From Salisapilia sapeloensis CBS 127946 (lineage: Eukaryota > Protista > Oomycota), in contig JAADVB010000097.1 of the NCBI GenBank assembly GCA_023334545.1, positions 1 to 61,443 on the forward strand: a DNA stretch of 61,443 nt, given 5' to 3'. Below, piece after piece: positions 28,547 through 39,821 of this stretch. Within the stretch, counting starts at the first letter, position 1. The number at the start of each line of letters is the position of its first letter. Under the pieces are notes generated by a model. That model was given only the letters and a program-made list of their open reading frames with translations. It was not told where the DNA came from and made no database searches. The translations under genes were made by a program, and so were the position numbers.

Positions 28547-31140
28547 ATGCATCCGTCCTGGCACCCGAGCAACCCGTATCCCTCCGGCCAGAGTGGCCCT
28601 GCGCCTCCCCCAGGAGGATCTTCCTACCCCAGCAACACTTCCGGTGGCCCAGGAGGTGCGGCGCCGCCCCGAGGCGGAGCTAGCTCCACGACGCCGGCCT
28701 ACTTTACAGACAAGAAGAAAGGCGAGGTGAACGAGCTCAAGAACCTGCTTCGAGAGGTCACGGGCGAGCGCGACATTAAGCGCAAGCGTGAGGTCATTAA
28801 GAAAGTGATTGCGTACATGACGCTCGGCATTGACGTCTCGCGACTCTTTAGTGAGATGGTGCTATGCGTCGACACGAAAGATTTGATCTCGAAGAAGATG
28901 GTCTACTTGTACTTGACCAACTACGCCAACAAGAACTCGGAGTTAGCGATCATGTGCATCAACACGCTGCTGAACGACTGGTAGGATCTTTAAGTATACC
29001 ATGCTCCTGATACATGTGCTTATGCTTTTGCTCTAGTCGGAACGAAGACCCGATGGTACGAGGACTCGCACTCCGGTCGTTATGCTCCTTGCGACTGGAT
29101 TCCATCCTAGAGTACATCCACGACCCTCTCCAGCACTCTTTAACGGACACGAGTGCCTACGTTCGTAAGACAGGTGTCATCGGCATCCTCAAAGTCCACG
29201 CGTTGAACCCCGATCTGATCAAAGAAAGCGACATGATCGACACACTATACAACATGATCCGAGACAGAGACCCGCAGGTCGTGTCCAACTGCCTCGTGGC
29301 GCTGAACGAAATCATGGCAGACGAAGGTGGCATCGCCATCAACCAACAGATCATCCTGCACTTGCTCAACCGCATCTCGACCTTTAACGAGTGGGGCCAG
29401 TGCAATATCCTGCACATCGTGTCGAGGTACCAGCCATCATCCGATGACGAGGTCTTTACTATCATGAACACGCTCGAGCAGTGTCTTCGCGTGTCCAACA
29501 GTGCCGTCGTGCTAGGAACCGCCAAATGTTTCTTCCACCTGACGAAGAGAATGCCACACATCCAAGAGCAGGTCTACGAGCGAATGCGCCAGCCGCTGCT
29601 CACTCTTATGGCAGGAGGAAGCCACGAGATCAACTACTGCGTACTCCACCACATCATGCTGTTGGTCGGGAAGAAAGCCAGCGTCTTTGCGAGGGACTAC
29701 CGCCAGTTCTACATCCGCCACAATGAGCCGACGCACGTCAAGTACATCAAGGTGGATATTTTGTCTGCCGTCGCAGACCCTGGGAACATGGCAGACATTG
29801 TGGCCGAGTTGTCCGAGTACGTCCGCGATGTGGATCAAGAGCTGGCTCGTCGGTCCATCCGCGGCATCTCCGACATTGCCATCAGCGACAACTTTTCCGT
29901 GTCGGATCAGGAGCAAGGCGGCTACAACCCGAACGGACCGGACTACTACGGAGTCCAGACGCCAGCGCAGGCCATGGCCGCCATGCAGGACCACATCATC
30001 GACACCATGGTCGAGTTCTTGGAGATGAATTTAGACTACGTTCGAGACGAAAGCCTTGTCGTGCTCAAGGACGTCCTGCGCAAGTATCCGGACAAGCGAG
30101 ACGACGCGTTGGCAGTGCTGCCACGCCTCGTCGGAGCAGTCAACCAGCCGTACGCCAAGGCGGCGCTCATATGGCTCACGGGTGAGTTTGGAGAGGACAT
30201 GCGGCGAGCGCCGTACATGCTGGAGCACCTCATCGACGAATTTGACGAAGAAGACGCGCCTCAAGTGCGTCTAGAGCTGCTGACGGCGACTTTAAAGCTC
30301 TTCTTTAAGAAACCGCCAGAGGTGCAGGGCATGCTCGGAAGACTGCTCCAGCAGGCGATCAACGAGAACGATGACCAGGACGTGAAAGACCGCGCGTTGT
30401 TGTACTATCGACTGCTGGAGCAACAGCCAACGGAGCAGGCTGCGGCCATTGTCGCGCAGTTCCGACTGGATGAGCCTGTGAGTGAATTTGCTGAGATGGT
30501 GGCGACCGATCTGAAGGACAAGCTCTTCCACGAGTTCGACACGCTGTCCGTCGTGTACAACAAACCGAGCGAGCTGTTCATCGACTCTGCGCATCAGGCT
30601 AATACGGCGCCTTTGGAAGAGCTGGAGCAAGACTCGAACGCCCCGGAGGAAGACTATCCGAACGGATACGACGATGCGCCCAGTGCGTACGATCAGGAGC
30701 CTCCTGCCCAGCAGCAGCCTCGACAAGCCCCCAACACGGATCTCCTGGACATGGACTTTAACGGCGGACAGCAGGGTCCTCCACCGCCGAACGAGGCCTT
30801 TGCACTTGTACCGAATCCGTCGTTGGATGCACCGACGTTCCAGGGCAAATGGGCGAGCCTCCCTGTCGTCGCACAGATCCAGATCGCACTGCCGCAAGTG
30901 CCGTCTGCGCAGGAGCTTGAGGCAGCGCTCGCTCGGAATGGCGTCATGACGATGGCATCCGGAGACGTTGGGCCTCAACTAAAGTTCTTCTTCTACGCAC
31001 AGGATACGACCGGCGGTTTCTTCTTGTCAGAAACGCTGCTGGGCAAGGCAGACGGGTCTTTCTCGGCAACGATCAAGGGCGAGAATGAAATGGCCGGACA
31101 GCAGTATGCAGAGCACTTGAAGCGACTGCTGTTCCAGTAG
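28547..31140 (+). CDS. AP4B1: AP-4 adaptor complex beta subunit (two exons)
   Basis: KKVIAYMTLGIDVSRLF...KKMVYLYL. Intron 28981-29036 (56 nt) joins LLND|CRNEDPMVRGLALRSL. DVKDRALLYYRLL. Short appendage LDAPTFQGKWASLP typical of beta-4. Confidence 0.88.
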
Positions 31141-31365
31141 ACTGCAAGGGTAGCGTCTTAGCATAGGCTCCAGGACTCGTGCGCGGGTGGCTAAGATCAA
31201 ACAAGAAGCTTGTGTGTGTCTCCGCTCGTGTATCCGTTCCGAGTGCGCTAGTCGACTGCAAAGTGAACAAATGAACGCAGCGACAGTTTTCATTTTCGTA
31301 TCGACACTGTTTTCTTCTTAATGCAATCCAAAACTTAATCAGAACAACTTGATCTAGCACTACGA

Positions 31366-34300
31366 TCACATAAGGTCCATGTCCGCATCTTCCTGGATGC
31401 TACTTTGCGTCATCTTCTCACTCGCGAGGAAACTCAGGTGCTGGAGCATACCGATGTGGTCCTGGTCCGCCTCCTTCCGTGGCTTCGTGTCAAACACAGC
31501 GACTGTGCCCAGCGCATGCCCGTCCACGGAAAAGATGGTGGCGCCGGCATAGTACCGGATCTTCACAGCGCCCTCTCGGCCCTTCACCATCGGGTTCTCT
31601 CGGAACCGGTCGTCCTGCTTGGTGTCCAGTACGACCATGACGCCGTCCTGGCAGATCGTATGTGCACAGAACGACATCTCCCGAGGCAGTGTCGTGTGCA
31701 TCATGCCAATGTTCGCCACGAGAATCTGCTCATCCTCGTCCACTATACTCACATACGCGATCGGGCACTTCATCGTCTTGGCCGCAACTTCGCAGTACAT
31801 GTTGAACTTGCCGGATGATGCCAGGTCGTGCACGTTCATCTCTTTCAGTACTGCCAGTCGCTCTTCCTCATCATCCGGGTACGGAGGCTCCGGCCACGCA
31901 TTCATCCACAGACCTCCACTGGCGGTACTGCTCCTCGTCTGGTCGAACTGAGACGACCCGTTGGACGTCTTGCGGTTCGTGTCGGTCGACTGGTGACTGT
32001 CACCTCGACTGCGGGACGACATGGGAGTCGCCACCTGCATTCCATTAGCAGCATTGTTTCCATTGTCGTCAAGCGAATGGAAAGCGACGCACGAGACGCA
32101 GACGCGCATGGTGCGACCGCGAATCGGATGATGGAAGGAGCAGTTCTTGCAGATGACTTCTCCACAAGCGCGGCAATGGTGCTTGCGCTTGAAGACGCTG
32201 AAGCGCTTGTTGCAAATGTGGCAGCTGAACCGGTCCTCATCGTTCACCCACGACGTCTCTTGGACGGCATCTAGGCGTGGAAGTGCCACTGTTCTAGAGC
32301 TTCGGGTGCTTCTCAATGAGCTTTTACGAGATAAGGAAAAGGTCGGACGTCCTCCTTTCGGCGAAGGTGAAGAGCCTCCAGACGCGTTGCTTGGGCCTCG
32401 GGATCGAGAGACTGGTGTCTGGAATCCCTTGCTGCTTGTGAGAGACTCTCTGATGCTGGCACGAGACGTCGGCTCTTCCTGTAGATAGTCCAGCACTTGA
32501 TCTCCATTCCCGTCCGCGTGAGAAATACGCTTGGGAACCATTTCACTCACACGACCCTGGTCCTCATCCATAGACGCGACGAGGTGCTCTGGAATGGAGT
32601 CGTTGAACGGATAGTAGTCTTCCGACTGAGAAGACGACGATTCTCCTGCCGCTGCTTCCTTCGCAGCTAAAGGAGAAGACGATCCAGATGAGCTTTCAGA
32701 AGACGCTGTGTCGTCATAATGGACGATATCTGCTTGCTGAGCTTCTGGGAGCGAAGGTGGGGGAGGTCTGGCTTTATTCATCTCCTGCTTCTTCCGCTCT
32801 TCCTCCGCACGCTCCCTTCTCTTCCGTTCTTCCTCCTCATGCTGCCTCCGCTTCCTGTCCTCCTCTGCTGCCCTCGCTTTCTTCCTCTGCACTGCTCTCA
32901 CATGTCGTTTCAATCGGAAGCGACACTGCACGACACGCACAGCTTTTCTCGCTTGAACGAACTGACGCCGGCGGCATGCCATGCGCAAGAAGCTCTGGAC
33001 TTTTACAGCCTTCGCATGACGTCTAGCAGCACGCACCTTTTGGTAGCGAAAGTGCACCTGCAGGCTTTGAACGCCATGCCGAGTGCGCAGGAACCTCTGT
33101 CGGGCGTAAAAGCACAGGACGGCATGGTAGATAGTGTCCATGTGTCGTCTCAAGCGCTTCTTCCTCAAGTCCTCCAAAAACTCGTACGCAGGCTGCTTGA
33201 AGAACATCTTTGTCGAGCCCATTTGGATACCTGCCTCGAGACACTTGCTCTTAAAGTCGCTCGAAGGTTCATCTAGCTTCGTCTGCTTCGGCATCTTCAC
33301 TACCAGTTCTCTCAGTAGTTCCTTGGCTTCTGCCGTCGCGTCAGAATACCGAGCGTCTTCTGCCTTTTCGCCTAGCTTTAACGTCGACTGCATCTTCTTA
33401 AGCGTAAAGTATCTTCCGACAAAGTCTTCATGAGGTAGTCGGATCGGATACCCTGCTCTCGACACACGTACGGCTTCCATGACACCGTTGCAGCGCAGTT
33501 GGTTCAACACACGGTCTTTGCTTAATACGCCGCTCTCGGATGTTTCGTTCGGCTTGATGCAACGCACGTACCTCGGACTCGTCTGGTGCAAAGTGTCAAT
33601 GAGCGTCGTGAGCTGCTCCTTGAACTGGAGGCCGACGCTGCCGCCTTTTTGCTTGGTCGACCCACGGCGTGGACGAGTGGCTGGAGAGCTCTTGGCTCGC
33701 TGGCGAAAGGCCAGGACGTCGCACAGCATCTTGGTAAAGCTCCCGGGCTCCGGTCCTTGTGCCAACAAGTCGACTGCTTCCTGATGCAACGCTTCCTTGT
33801 TCTTTTCCAAGAACCCGACGCACGAGTACTCGACGTTGCCAGCGTAGTGGCTGATCGTGAAGAGACACTTGGCTTGCTGGATGCGAGAGGCGGAGAACCG
33901 GGCGTGATGGTCGCACGATCGGTAGAGCTTCGAGGCGAGCGTCGAGTCCGAACCTTTCGGCATGACACACTCCTCGTCCACGAGCGACAGGATGCCTGTG
34001 GGTCGCTGGGAGATGAGTTGCACACAGTCCTGATTGTCGGGAAAGTCGACGTACTTCCAGTCGACGCCTTGGCTCTCGTACTCTTGCTGCTCCAGCTTAA
34101 ACACGTATTCGTTAAACTGCTGCTGGAGCGTCTCGTTGGCAAAGTTAATACAGAGCTGCTCGAACGAGTTGTTCGGGAACACCTCAAAGCCGAAGATGTC
34201 CAGGATGCCAATGAAGAGAGACCCGCCGCGAGCTCTGTGCTGATCGTCCATCCGCAGGAACTCGTTAATCTTGAGTACCATCCAGTCGAACAAGTTCCCG

Positions 34301-35658
34301 TACAAGGTCTTTGCCAAGGCGTCTCGAGCGTTCGTCGCCTGTTCTGCCGACAGCTTGACGCTGACAAAGTCAGAACCGGCACGGATCTTGCGTGTGGACA
34401 AGGCTTCTTCCAGGGCGGCACTATCGAGCTTTAGTAAGCTAGCAGCAGCGTCGCGTGACCAATAGCAGCTTTCTCGAAGGGTTGTGCCGCTCTTCTCCCC
34501 ACCTGCATCTGACGTCTCGTCGAACGTCAGGTTACCAATGTGCAGTAAAGCGGCGACGACGTCAAAGATACCGTCGCGCTCGAAGCTAGTGAATCCGATG
34601 ACGTCCATGGCTCCTTTGACGCGGTGGAACATATCTACATCATCCACGCCGTCGCGTCGCTCGAAGCAGTCGCTCTGATTCAGGTACCTGTAGTGCATGA
34701 ACATATTGTCGCTGTCTTGGGACGTCGGCGGGTCGAGACGCCATCGCTCTCGCTCCGAGTCGGACGCGCCGACCATGACTTGGTAGAAAACGTGGTAATT
34801 CCGCTCGCCAGTCGACTGCGAGACGAGACGCACTTTTTCCATTAAATAGGTCTGAATGCTGGCGCCAGTGAGCTGGCCGCCGCTAGTGAAATGCAGCTTG
34901 ATGAACTTGCCGAAGCGACTACTGTTGTCATTTCGTAGCGTTCGGGCATTCCCGAAAGCTTCGAGCACCATGTTGGTCTCCAGCACCTTGGCAGCGATGC
35001 CACTGCTGGAGGCAAAGGAAGAAACGGAGCGTCGAAGAGACGTGCGTGGGGCAGCGCTCTGGGCTGTGGATACGTGCTGAGAAGCTCCGGCCTGTGCGAG
35101 ATATTCCATCAGGAACTTGGTGCTTTCCGTCTTTCCACTGCCACTCTCGCCTGAGACGAGAACGGACTGGTCTTTCAGGTCGTAGACCATGGCTTTGTAG
35201 GCATCTCCTGCAATTCGGTAGATGTGTGGCGGTAAAGAGTCTCCTGCCGTCCGTACGGTGCTCTGTCGCTGATCGAAAGCCTCGAGATACAACTGCAAGA
35301 CACTGTTGTTGTATAAACCAGAGAGCTTTTCAAAGGGATTGATAGCTAGCAATATGGCGCCAGTGTTGGTGTAAATCTTCTTCTTGTGGAAACGGGCTTC
35401 GAGTGCTTCGAGCAAACTATCTTCATTGAGCTCAATGAGCTCCGTGAGGTCGTCGATGCGGGACTTGTCGTTTGCTAGTCGCAAGTTAGACGGGATGTCT
35501 GACACTGATGCGAGTGAGAACTGCTGTGTGCCTCCACTCTCGAGCTCGACTATGATGACGGAAGCGTCCTTATCGAGCGGATTGGCGTACCGGTCAGCAA
35601 TTTTGCCAGGCAGCCACGCGGCGCCCTGCTTGACTTCTACCTGTGTCCCAACGTCCAT
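31366..35658 (-). CDS. Myosin heavy chain with N-terminal SH3-like region, IQ motifs, coiled coil, FYVE zinc finger and C-terminal GAF domain
   Basis: GESGSGKTE, EAFGNARTLRNDNSSRFGK, LDIFGFE, YVRCIKPN. FYVE WVNDED...RKHHCRACGEVICKNC. GAF-like FCAHTI...RFRENPMV...IRYYAGATI. Confidence 0.95.
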   Translation of the reverse strand: MDVGTQVEVKQGAAWLPGKIADRYANPLDKDASVIIVELESGGTQQFSLASVSDIPSNLRLANDKSRIDDLTELIELNEDSLLEALEARFHKKKIYTNTGAILLAINPFEKLSGLYNNSVLQLYLEAFDQRQSTVRTAGDSLPPHIYRIAGDAYKAMVYDLKDQSVLVSGESGSGKTESTKFLMEYLAQAGASQHVSTAQSAAPRTSLRRSVSSFASSSGIAAKVLETNMVLEAFGNARTLRNDNSSRFGKFIKLHFTSGGQLTGASIQTYLMEKVRLVSQSTGERNYHVFYQVMVGASDSERERWRLDPPTSQDSDNMFMHYRYLNQSDCFERRDGVDDVDMFHRVKGAMDVIGFTSFERDGIFDVVAALLHIGNLTFDETSDAGGEKSGTTLRESCYWSRDAAASLLKLDSAALEEALSTRKIRAGSDFVSVKLSAEQATNARDALAKTLYGNLFDWMVLKINEFLRMDDQHRARGGSLFIGILDIFGFEVFPNNSFEQLCINFANETLQQQFNEYVFKLEQQEYESQGVDWKYVDFPDNQDCVQLISQRPTGILSLVDEECVMPKGSDSTLASKLYRSCDHHARFSASRIQQAKCLFTISHYAGNVEYSCVGFLEKNKEALHQEAVDLLAQGPEPGSFTKMLCDVLAFRQRAKSSPATRPRRGSTKQKGGSVGLQFKEQLTTLIDTLHQTSPRYVRCIKPNETSESGVLSKDRVLNQLRCNGVMEAVRVSRAGYPIRLPHEDFVGRYFTLKKMQSTLKLGEKAEDARYSDATAEAKELLRELVVKMPKQTKLDEPSSDFKSKCLEAGIQMGSTKMFFKQPAYEFLEDLRKKRLRRHMDTIYHAVLCFYARQRFLRTRHGVQSLQVHFRYQKVRAARRHAKAVKVQSFLRMACRRRQFVQARKAVRVVQCRFRLKRHVRAVQRKKARAAEEDRKRRQHEEEERKRRERAEEERKKQEMNKARPPPPSLPEAQQADIVHYDDTASSESSSGSSSPLAAKEAAAGESSSSQSEDYYPFNDSIPEHLVASMDEDQGRVSEMVPKRISHADGNGDQVLDYLQEEPTSRASIRESLTSSKGFQTPVSRSRGPSNASGGSSPSPKGGRPTFSLSRKSSLRSTRSSRTVALPRLDAVQETSWVNDEDRFSCHICNKRFSVFKRKHHCRACGEVICKNCSFHHPIRGRTMRVCVSCVAFHSLDDNGNNAANGMQVATPMSSRSRGDSHQSTDTNRKTSNGSSQFDQTRSSTASGGLWMNAWPEPPYPDDEEERLAVLKEMNVHDLASSGKFNMYCEVAAKTMKCPIAYVSIVDEDEQILVANIGMMHTTLPREMSFCAHTICQDGVMVVLDTKQDDRFRENPMVKGREGAVKIRYYAGATIFSVDGHALGTVAVFDTKPRKEADQDHIGMLQHLSFLASEKMTQSSIQEDADMDLM

Positions 35659-36587
35659 TTATATTGAATGGGGGCGTCGGAAGGAATGCACAGGTTGGGG
35701 ATGCTGGACGACTCGAATGTCGTATACAGTATGGGCGACGGATAGACGGGAGAGTGCAATCCCTGCGATGAGGTAACTCGATACAAATCTGGACTTGGTG
35801 CAAGAGCTTTCCTTGACAAGGCGCCAGCGGATATTCTATTCCCAGAGATGGCTCAAAGTCGACAGCGAGCCGGTGCGTCGGGAAAAGCTTATCGGTCGAA
35901 AATTGGTACCGGCGCTGCTCGGTTGTTGTGTGCGGAAAGCCAGTTGGTGACTGTCGGCTCGGATGACTTGGCTTTTGTATGTGCTGGACGTCCTTTCAGA
36001 TCAGACTGTTTGGTTGTAGAGGCCAGGATAGTGTCAGACTGGCTAGAAAGAGAAGGTGATCAGGAAAAGCAGAATCTAGCCACTTTATGCGACCTGCTTC
36101 GCCACACGCTTCGACATGCCGATAACGCGGTTGACGCAGCGTTAGTATAAGGCCATGTGGATACGTAGATCAGCGATATCCCGGATTATAGACAAAATTG
36201 CGATCGCAGACTTTCGCGAAAGTGCATCAGATCAAGCAGGCGTTGGCATCCACTTCCAAGTTGTCGCTCGTTGTTGTGGATGCGGCTCACGACTATGTTA
36301 AGTGAACGTGTCGACAATGTTACCACCAAGGAGGCGATCTAGATACTGCGAGTCCTTGCTGACACAGTATCCTGCGGCAGGCCCAGCTGCCTAGCACAAA
36401 ATCAGTCTACCTAGCGATCAGGCACGTACCAGCATGATTGACAAACGGAGGCAAGCGTAGTCTTTCCGAGACCACAGACGGTACTCAATCAAAAGCACCC
36501 ACCAACAAGCTCGTTCGCATCAAAGAAAGTTGACATTTAAATATAAAGAAAATTCCGACGTCCTCTCTATCACAACCTCCTGTATGC

Positions 36588-37552
36588 TTAGAGCTTGGTC
36601 GTGTACCCGTCCATCTTTTCCTCGCTGGCCTTGGCGTCCGTCAATAGACTGTTGATCGACTTGATCTGGCGGTCAATGCGACCCATAAAGCCCTTGCTGT
36701 CATCCAGACCTTCCATGTCCACTGGCGCAATGGCAGGCTCACTGTCCCTGCGGTCTTCTTTCGACACCTCCTTCGTGTCCGTCTTGGCATCCATCGAGTG
36801 CTTCCCAACGTCCTGGTCCTCATTGGTCTGATGAACCTGCTGCAGTTGCTCCAAGTCGTCAAAGCTGCTCACGTCTTGATGAAGAGCAGACGGACGGTTT
36901 GCGTCAGAGCTTGAGTCTGGAGCGGAGGGCGAGGTCGCATCGTATGGAGACACCTTGTTCTCCTGATCGTCGCTTCCATTGGACGAATGGTCATGCTCGT
37001 TCCCGTCCTGCAGCTCCGTCGCTCGACCTCGTTCCGACTCGTTCAAAGCACTCAAAGTCGACATTTCACTGCCAACAAGACTCGGCTTAAACGAGTACAC
37101 GCTGTTGCCGGACGTGCCGCGAGCTTCTGTGTTCTGGCTCTCAAATTCGCCGACCCGGACAAGCTTAAGCAGAGCTTGAAACTGGGACGTCGGCAGTTCA
37201 CTCCGGCACACGGCACGCATGAACTCGTTCAGCATAACCTGCCGCTTTTCTACGACTGCCGTGGACATGGCAGAGCTTCTCGTCCAAGTGCGTGGCGGGA
37301 AGGGCACGTCCGAAGGCACGTTTTTCCGCACTTTGAGCTGGCGGTAGAACTTGCGGAACTCACTGAAGCGTAAGAGGCGCTGGTAGACCTGTCCGTCATA
37401 GCTTACGACAGTCTGGTAGACCTAGGAACGAGGTTGAGACACAATGCAGAGGATAGCGTGAGAAGAAAGCGTACCGTGTAGGCGTGGGAGGACTCTGGTT
37501 GGACATTCTGCGCGCCAACGACTGCCACCCGCATGCGATCCTTGGCGGGCAT
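36588..37552 (-). CDS. PX (phox homology) domain protein (two exons)
   Basis: Intron 37422-37474 (53 nt) joins MPAKDRMRVAVVGAQ...HAYT|VYQTVVSYDGQVYQRLLRFSEFRKFYRQL...PFPPRTW...VEKRQVMLNEFM. Confidence 0.85.
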
Positions 37553-37980
37553 GATACAATCTCCGGTTTTATCGTTTCGGATGAACGAGTTGTGACTAGT
37601 ACGAACGTTCCCTGGTGCTGGTGAGTACGGAAATGAGATCCCGGGCGATGGAAAACGAGCGTGTGTCTACTACTCGCAAAATTCCTGATTTGTCTTGGTT
37701 TCAGTATACGAAAGGCCAGCGACAAATTTGGAAAAAGTACACGTTGAAGTTACGTGCCCCACCGAAATCGAGCAAGTGTTAGTATGGGTATCATCCATGC
37801 ACTGGTAACGACCTACCGACCACGACCTTCGCGCTTCTGGTCTGAAAGAGCGCTGCTCGAACTGGATGGCTGGACATGACAGTCGCAGATCCGATATCAA
37901 GATTTCGGCCAATGTATCGGGGTTGTGGGCGAAGCTAATTTGTGAGAATTACTACGAGGGACCATGAAGCGTTGCAGGGA

Positions 37981-38509
37981 ATGTTACGGGCAAAGGCATT
38001 TGTCGGCGCTATTTATATCCTAACGCTTATCGCTGGGCTTCTCACCCTCGTCATCATTAGGTCATCGACACACGAACTAACGCGTGCTTCATGCGGTCAA
38101 CATCACCAACTGCAGCGGCCATGGTATCCCGATCTTTTGTTTCGTCATCAAAGTAACCTCGTGCTAAGTTACCGATTATTCACTAAGGCTATGCTCTTGT
38201 CCGAAGACATCGGCTCGGTCGCTCGACACGATCCGAATTGGTGGGGTGTGCGCACATCGATGCTCACTCTGTGGCTGCAGGATGCGTCGAACTACCAGTC
38301 TTTGCCGGAAGACGAAGCGCACCAGGTGCGTTCTCTTACGTGGCTCCATCCGTCTGTAGCAACGAAGATCAAGCTTACGTATATTTGCCATCCCATATGC
38401 CTAGATGATCGAAAAGTTTGTACATCGCGGAGAGCAATATGAACAGAGCCGAGTAAAGTGCTGGCGACAGATCTGTAAGCACCGCAACGCAAACTCGTCG
38501 TCGTGTTGA
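37981..38509 (+). CDS. Hypothetical small protein with N-terminal membrane anchor; gene model uncertain
   Basis: Hydrophobic FVGAIYILTLIAGLLTLVII. Plausible intron 38326-38404 (GTGCGT...CTAG) keeps frame into MIEKFVHRGEQYEQSR. No recognisable family. Confidence 0.3.
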
Positions 38510-38542
38510 CATGGCTGATTTACCCACCCTGTAGTACTTGAA

Positions 38543-39691
38543 TTGCAGGATTCGACCCATCTCCAATCCTCACCTCTGTGGAAGGCTACTTCGGGGCTAG
38601 ACAGCGAACATCATGTTGTGGATGACGGAGCACAGACGCTGTCGAGTCCCAATCGAGGACGCATGCGCCCAGGAAAGGAACTGATCGTCCTGCAGGATAG
38701 TCCGAGCGAGCCGAATATTCGCACAAGTGGCCACGTCAAAACCGAGGTGACTGACGGAGTGGCTTCAAATGAGCAAGAGACCGCCGATAAAGCGCAGACA
38801 GCTTCAAGTCGAAAGTTCTCGTCCTTGACGTTGATCGAGCGCCAAGCAAAGTGGCTGGAAGAGAAAGCCAAGAAACGGGAGCAGGAGCGGCAACGACAGA
38901 TAGAAGAGAGCGAGCGCGAGCTTACGTTTCAGCCAAAACTCATGCGGAGATTTACCTTTTCCTATGATAAACCAGCAGCGGCCAAACAGGAATTGGTACG
39001 AGGAGTGACATTTAATGGGCGTTCCAGTGGTGTGGGCAAGTCGATCGAAAACTTTCTAAATTCGAATTCAAAGGCTGTTCGAGCTCACAACGCGTATCGA
39101 GAAGGTGTGCGAGACCGGTCGAATGTCCGGTCGGCATCGTCTTCGAGGAGCAATGGCTCTAGCTCTGGTCGACGGAAGAAGAAACTGGCGGCATTAGAGA
39201 CACTTCCAACCACGCGCCGGATTGCCATCAACTCTACTCTACTCAACGAAACCAAATCCGAACTCGTGCATTCGATCTTGTCAAGCCCACGGGGAAAGCA
39301 GCTATATAGCAGCGAAGAACCTGTGGTGGAGTCGCCACCAGAGGATAGCTTGCAGCCGGAGGAAGCAGAAGTGACTGTGAACAATAATAATGAGTTTATG
39401 GATGGACGCAAATGGAGCGATCGGCCGGTGATCGATGGTCGAAACGTGGAGTTTACGGACACGAAAGCAAAGTTGGCAGTGCAGGACGCGATGCACTTCG
39501 AGCTCAAGTCCATGTATCGAAAAACAGATCGGAAAGCTGGGAGGGATGGCGTGGCGTTGCTCATGGGGAGGAGAGAAGACACGCTGAGCGAACACGTGAT
39601 CGCAGTGCTGTTTGATCGGGAGAAAGTTTCAGAGCAGGAAGCGGAAGTGTGGTGGAGTAGTCACCGACATCGCTTTGTAGATGGATGCTGA
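38543..39691 (+). CDS. Hypothetical protein with coiled coil, ELTFQPK motif and compact C-terminal alpha/beta domain; 5' end uncertain
   Basis: Long open frame. TTGCAG at 38543-38548 looks like a splice acceptor, so an upstream exon is likely. First in-frame ATG is at 38663. Confidence 0.65.
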   Translation: MQDSTHLQSSPLWKATSGLDSEHHVVDDGAQTLSSPNRGRMRPGKELIVLQDSPSEPNIRTSGHVKTEVTDGVASNEQETADKAQTASSRKFSSLTLIERQAKWLEEKAKKREQERQRQIEESERELTFQPKLMRRFTFSYDKPAAAKQELVRGVTFNGRSSGVGKSIENFLNSNSKAVRAHNAYREGVRDRSNVRSASSSRSNGSSSGRRKKKLAALETLPTTRRIAINSTLLNETKSELVHSILSSPRGKQLYSSEEPVVESPPEDSLQPEEAEVTVNNNNEFMDGRKWSDRPVIDGRNVEFTDTKAKLAVQDAMHFELKSMYRKTDRKAGRDGVALLMGRREDTLSEHVIAVLFDREKVSEQEAEVWWSSHRHRFVDGC

Positions 39692-39821
39692 TCATGTGTG
39701 GCAGCGCTAGTCCACGAAATTATAGACCGTGCGATGGAATGTAAGATGAAAAGAATTGGTTTCATTTATTCGAGTTTGAATGTCGTGGAAAGCAGTCCGC
39801 GCGAATGCCTTCATGTCCTGC

